Origin: an uncultured Actinomycetes bacterium
Lineage (GTDB): Bacteria; Actinomycetota; Thermoleophilia; Gaiellales; Gaiellaceae
Direction of reading: 5' to 3'
NCBI GenBank assembly: GCA_963826585.1
Contig: CAWGXP010000006.1
Coordinates: forward strand, 11,299-75,298
DNA: 64,000 nt
Part shown: positions 61,745 through 64,000 of the stretch, in pieces
How the letters are laid out: each line of letters starts with the position of its first letter
Position numbering within the stretch: the first letter of the stretch is position 1
Position numbers and translations under genes: made by a program
The notes under the pieces: generated by a model
Told to the model about the DNA's origin: nothing
The model's input: only the letters and a program-made list of their open reading frames with translations
Database searches by the model: none

Positions 61745-63355
61745 CTAGAAAACTGGAGTCTCGCGCCACACGCCCCACACCTCTCGGAGCGCGTCGCACA
61801 TCTCGCCCATCGTCACGTAGTCGCGCGCGGCGTCGACGATCAGAGGCATCAGGTTCACGTCCTCGCGCGCAGCGGCGTCCTTGAGAGCCGGCGAGCCGCG
61901 CCTCCACGGCCGCGGAGTCTCGCCGCGCCCGTACCGCCTGCACTCGCTCGATCTGCTGCTGCTCGAGCGCGGGGTCGATGCGGAGGATCTCGAGCGGCTC
62001 TTCGTCCTCGAGCTCGTAGCGGTTGACGCCGACGACGATGCGCTCGCCCGCCTCGACCTCCGACTGGTAGCGGAACGACGCCTCGGCGATCTCGCGCTGC
62101 TGGAAGTTCTCCTTGATCGCAGCGACGACCCCGCCGAGCTGCTCGATGCGCTCGAAGTACTCGTACGCCTCCGCCTCGAGCCGGTTCGTCAGGTCCTCGA
62201 CGAACCACGAGCCGCCCAGCGGGTCGATGGTGTTCGTGACGCCCGACTCGTGGGCGATCACCTGCTGCGTCCGGAGCGCGATCCGCACCGCGTGCTCCGT
62301 CGGCAGCGCGAGCGCCTCGTCGAACGAGTTCGTGTGCAGCGACTGCGTGCCGCCGAGCACCGCCGCCAGCGCCTCGATCGCCGTGCGCACGATGTTCACC
62401 TCCGGCTGCTGCGCGGTCAGCGAGACGCCGGCCGTCTGCGAGTGGAAGCGCATCAGCCACGAGCGCGGGTTCTTCGCGCCGTAGCGCTCGCGCAGCTCGC
62501 GCGCCCAGATCCGCCGCGCGGCGCGGTACTTCGCGATCTCCTCGAAGAAGTCGATGTGGGCGTTGAAGAAGAAGGAGAGGCGCGGTGCGAAGTCGTCGAC
62601 GTCGAGGCCGCGGGCGACGCACGCGTCGACGTACGCGAGGCCATCCGCGAGGGTGAAGGCGAGCTCCTGTGCCGCCGTCGAGCCCGCCTCGCGGATGTGG
62701 TAGCCGGAGATCGAGACCGGGTGCATGCGCGGCAGCTCCTCCGCGCAGAACTCGATCATGTCGACGACGAGCCGCATCGAGGGCTCGGGCGGGAAGATGT
62801 ACTCCTTCTGCGCGATGTACTCCTTGAGGATGTCCGTCTGCACCGTGCCTCGGAGCTCGTCGCGCGGGCACTCCCTGCTGCTCGCCGACACACGACGTAG
62901 AACGCAAGCAGCATCGCCGCAGGTGAGTTGATCGTCATCGACGTCGAGACCTCGCCGAGCGGGATGCCGTCGAACAGCGTCTCCATGTCGTCGAGCGAGT
63001 CGATGGCGACGCCCTCGCGCCCGACCTCGCCGAACGAGCGCGCGTGGTCCGAGTCGTAGCCCATCAGCGTGGGCATGTCGAAGGCCGTCGAAAGCCCTGT
63101 CTGCCCGTGCTCGAGCAGGTAGCGGAAGCGGTCGTTCGTCTCCGCGGCCGTGCCGAACCCCGCGAACTGCCGCATCGTCCAGAGACGCCCGCGGTACATC
63201 GTCGGGTAGACGCCGCGCGTGAACGGGAACTCGCCGGGGTCGCCGAGGTCGCGCTCGTAGTCGACGTCGGTCGTCTCGGGTGTGTAGAGCGGCTCGACCG
63301 GAAGGCCCGAGATCGTCGAGTCGAGCTCGCGTGCGTGGGGCTCCGTCGTCGCCAT
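61745..63355 (-). pseudogene. methylmalonyl-CoA mutase large (catalytic) subunit, two frame disruptions (about 61895 and 62885)
   Basis: [11 protein letters not shown]...[26 protein letters not shown] (ORF 62756..63703), then [22 protein letters not shown]...GYHIREAG...FFFNAH (ORF 61734..62891). The true tail ...[17 protein letters not shown] ends at TAG 61745. Confidence 0.88.
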
Positions 63356-63357
63356 CG

Positions 63358-63645
63358 CTACTCGGACGCCTTCCCGTTGACGCGCGCCAGCACGTCCTCG
63401 ACCCGGCGCAAGGCTGCGTCGAGGCGCTCCTCGCGTGAGCGGAAGGCGACGAGCTCGCGGTCCTTGTCTCGGAGCTCCGTCTCGAGCTCGTGCGAGTGCG
63501 CGCGTAGCTCGTCGAGCGCCGACTCGACGGCGCCGACGGTCTCGACGAGCCGCGACAGCGCCTCCTCGACGTCGTCGCGACGGTAGCCGCCGCCGAACCG
63601 GCGGTAGCGGAGGACGGGCAGCTTCGTGATCAACTCGTTGGTCAT
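63358..63645 (-). CDS. DivIVA-domain coiled-coil protein (95 aa)
   Basis: Internal ATG of ORF 63358..63882. [19 protein letters not shown] resembles the DivIVA N-terminal motif and is followed by a coiled coil. Its stop lies 2 nt from the mutase start. Confidence 0.55.
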   Translation of the reverse strand: MTNELITKLPVLRYRRFGGGYRRDDVEEALSRLVETVGAVESALDELRAHSHELETELRDKDRELVAFRSREERLDAALRRVEDVLARVNGKASE

Positions 63646-64000
63646 CGGATGCGCAGGAGATACCACAGCTCGCCCGCGGCGACCGATGCTGCACCGAACG
63701 CAAGCTGGACGCCGATCAGCTGGTCGGGCGTGTCGTGGAACAGCGCGTAGGCCACGAGCTGCGCGCAGAACAGGGCCGCGAGCACGATCCCGAAGCGAGC
63801 ACGGCCGAGAGCGAGGAAGTGGTAGAGGTACACGATCGTCAGGCCATAGAGTGCCATCGCGAGACTGAGCGGCCCGAGCCACGCCTCGGCGTCCGCGTAC
63901 TTCGAGCCGAACGCGACGTCGACGAGCGACCCGGCGAAGACCCAGAGGACGAGCACTGCGAGCGCCGACGCCGCGCCGACGCCGACCAGGCCGGCGAGCA
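63642..64000 (-). CDS. C-terminal part of a polytopic membrane protein (flippase/polysaccharide-biosynthesis-like); N-terminus beyond the window end
   Basis: The open frame continues to nt 64000 and shows several hydrophobic helices ([21 protein letters not shown]..., [17 protein letters not shown]). The family call is tentative. Confidence 0.4.
   Translation of the reverse strand, partial: LAGLVGVGAASALAVLVLWVFAGSLVDVAFGSKYADAEAWLGPLSLAMALYGLTIVYLYHFLALGRARFGIVLAALFCAQLVAYALFHDTPDQLIGVQLAFGAASVAAGELWYLLRIR

Overview
High-GC (by eye about 70% G+C; not computed) chromosomal segment with actinobacterial-type gene order. I recognise about 64 protein-coding loci, mostly on the minus strand. I saw no rRNA, tRNA, CRISPR array, integrase or transposase. 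The backbone is housekeeping: secA-hpf-comF; a merR-ahcY-mtnA-nucleotidyltransferase operon; a split manC-like pair, ugd and an LCP ligase; metH; an etfBA/ETF-QO/threonine-dehydratase/rpmE operon; and split methylmalonyl-CoA mutase plus crotonase. The conserved rpmE ... prfA-prmC-tsaC-glyA-upp-wecA-atpZ/I-atpBEFHAG ... atpDC supercluster is also present. That supercluster is interrupted three times. A ~9.4 kb block (Kelch protein, PadR, two tandem zinc-ribbon/class III cyclase/STAND-ATPase/TPR paralogs, OsmC) sits between DUF1385 and prfA. A HAF-repeat secreted protein sits between wecA and the atp genes. A ~14 kb block (lipoprotein, MoxR-DUF58-VWA/Bat-like module, a five-gene Opp/Dpp transporter, an orphan anti-sigma factor) sits between atpG and atpD. 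The sequence carries many single-nucleotide frame disruptions in tight clusters, and they hit essential genes (atpD x4, prfA x3, tsaC, atpA). Long neighbours such as metH (3.6 kb), secA and the LCP gene are clean, so I read most disruptions as consensus or assembly indels rather than biology. The candidates I find most interesting are the tandem cyclase-STAND pair, the translationally coupled mtnA/sugar-1-P nucleotidyltransferase pair and the split ATP synthase operon. I cannot show from sequence alone that any of these is a new system.
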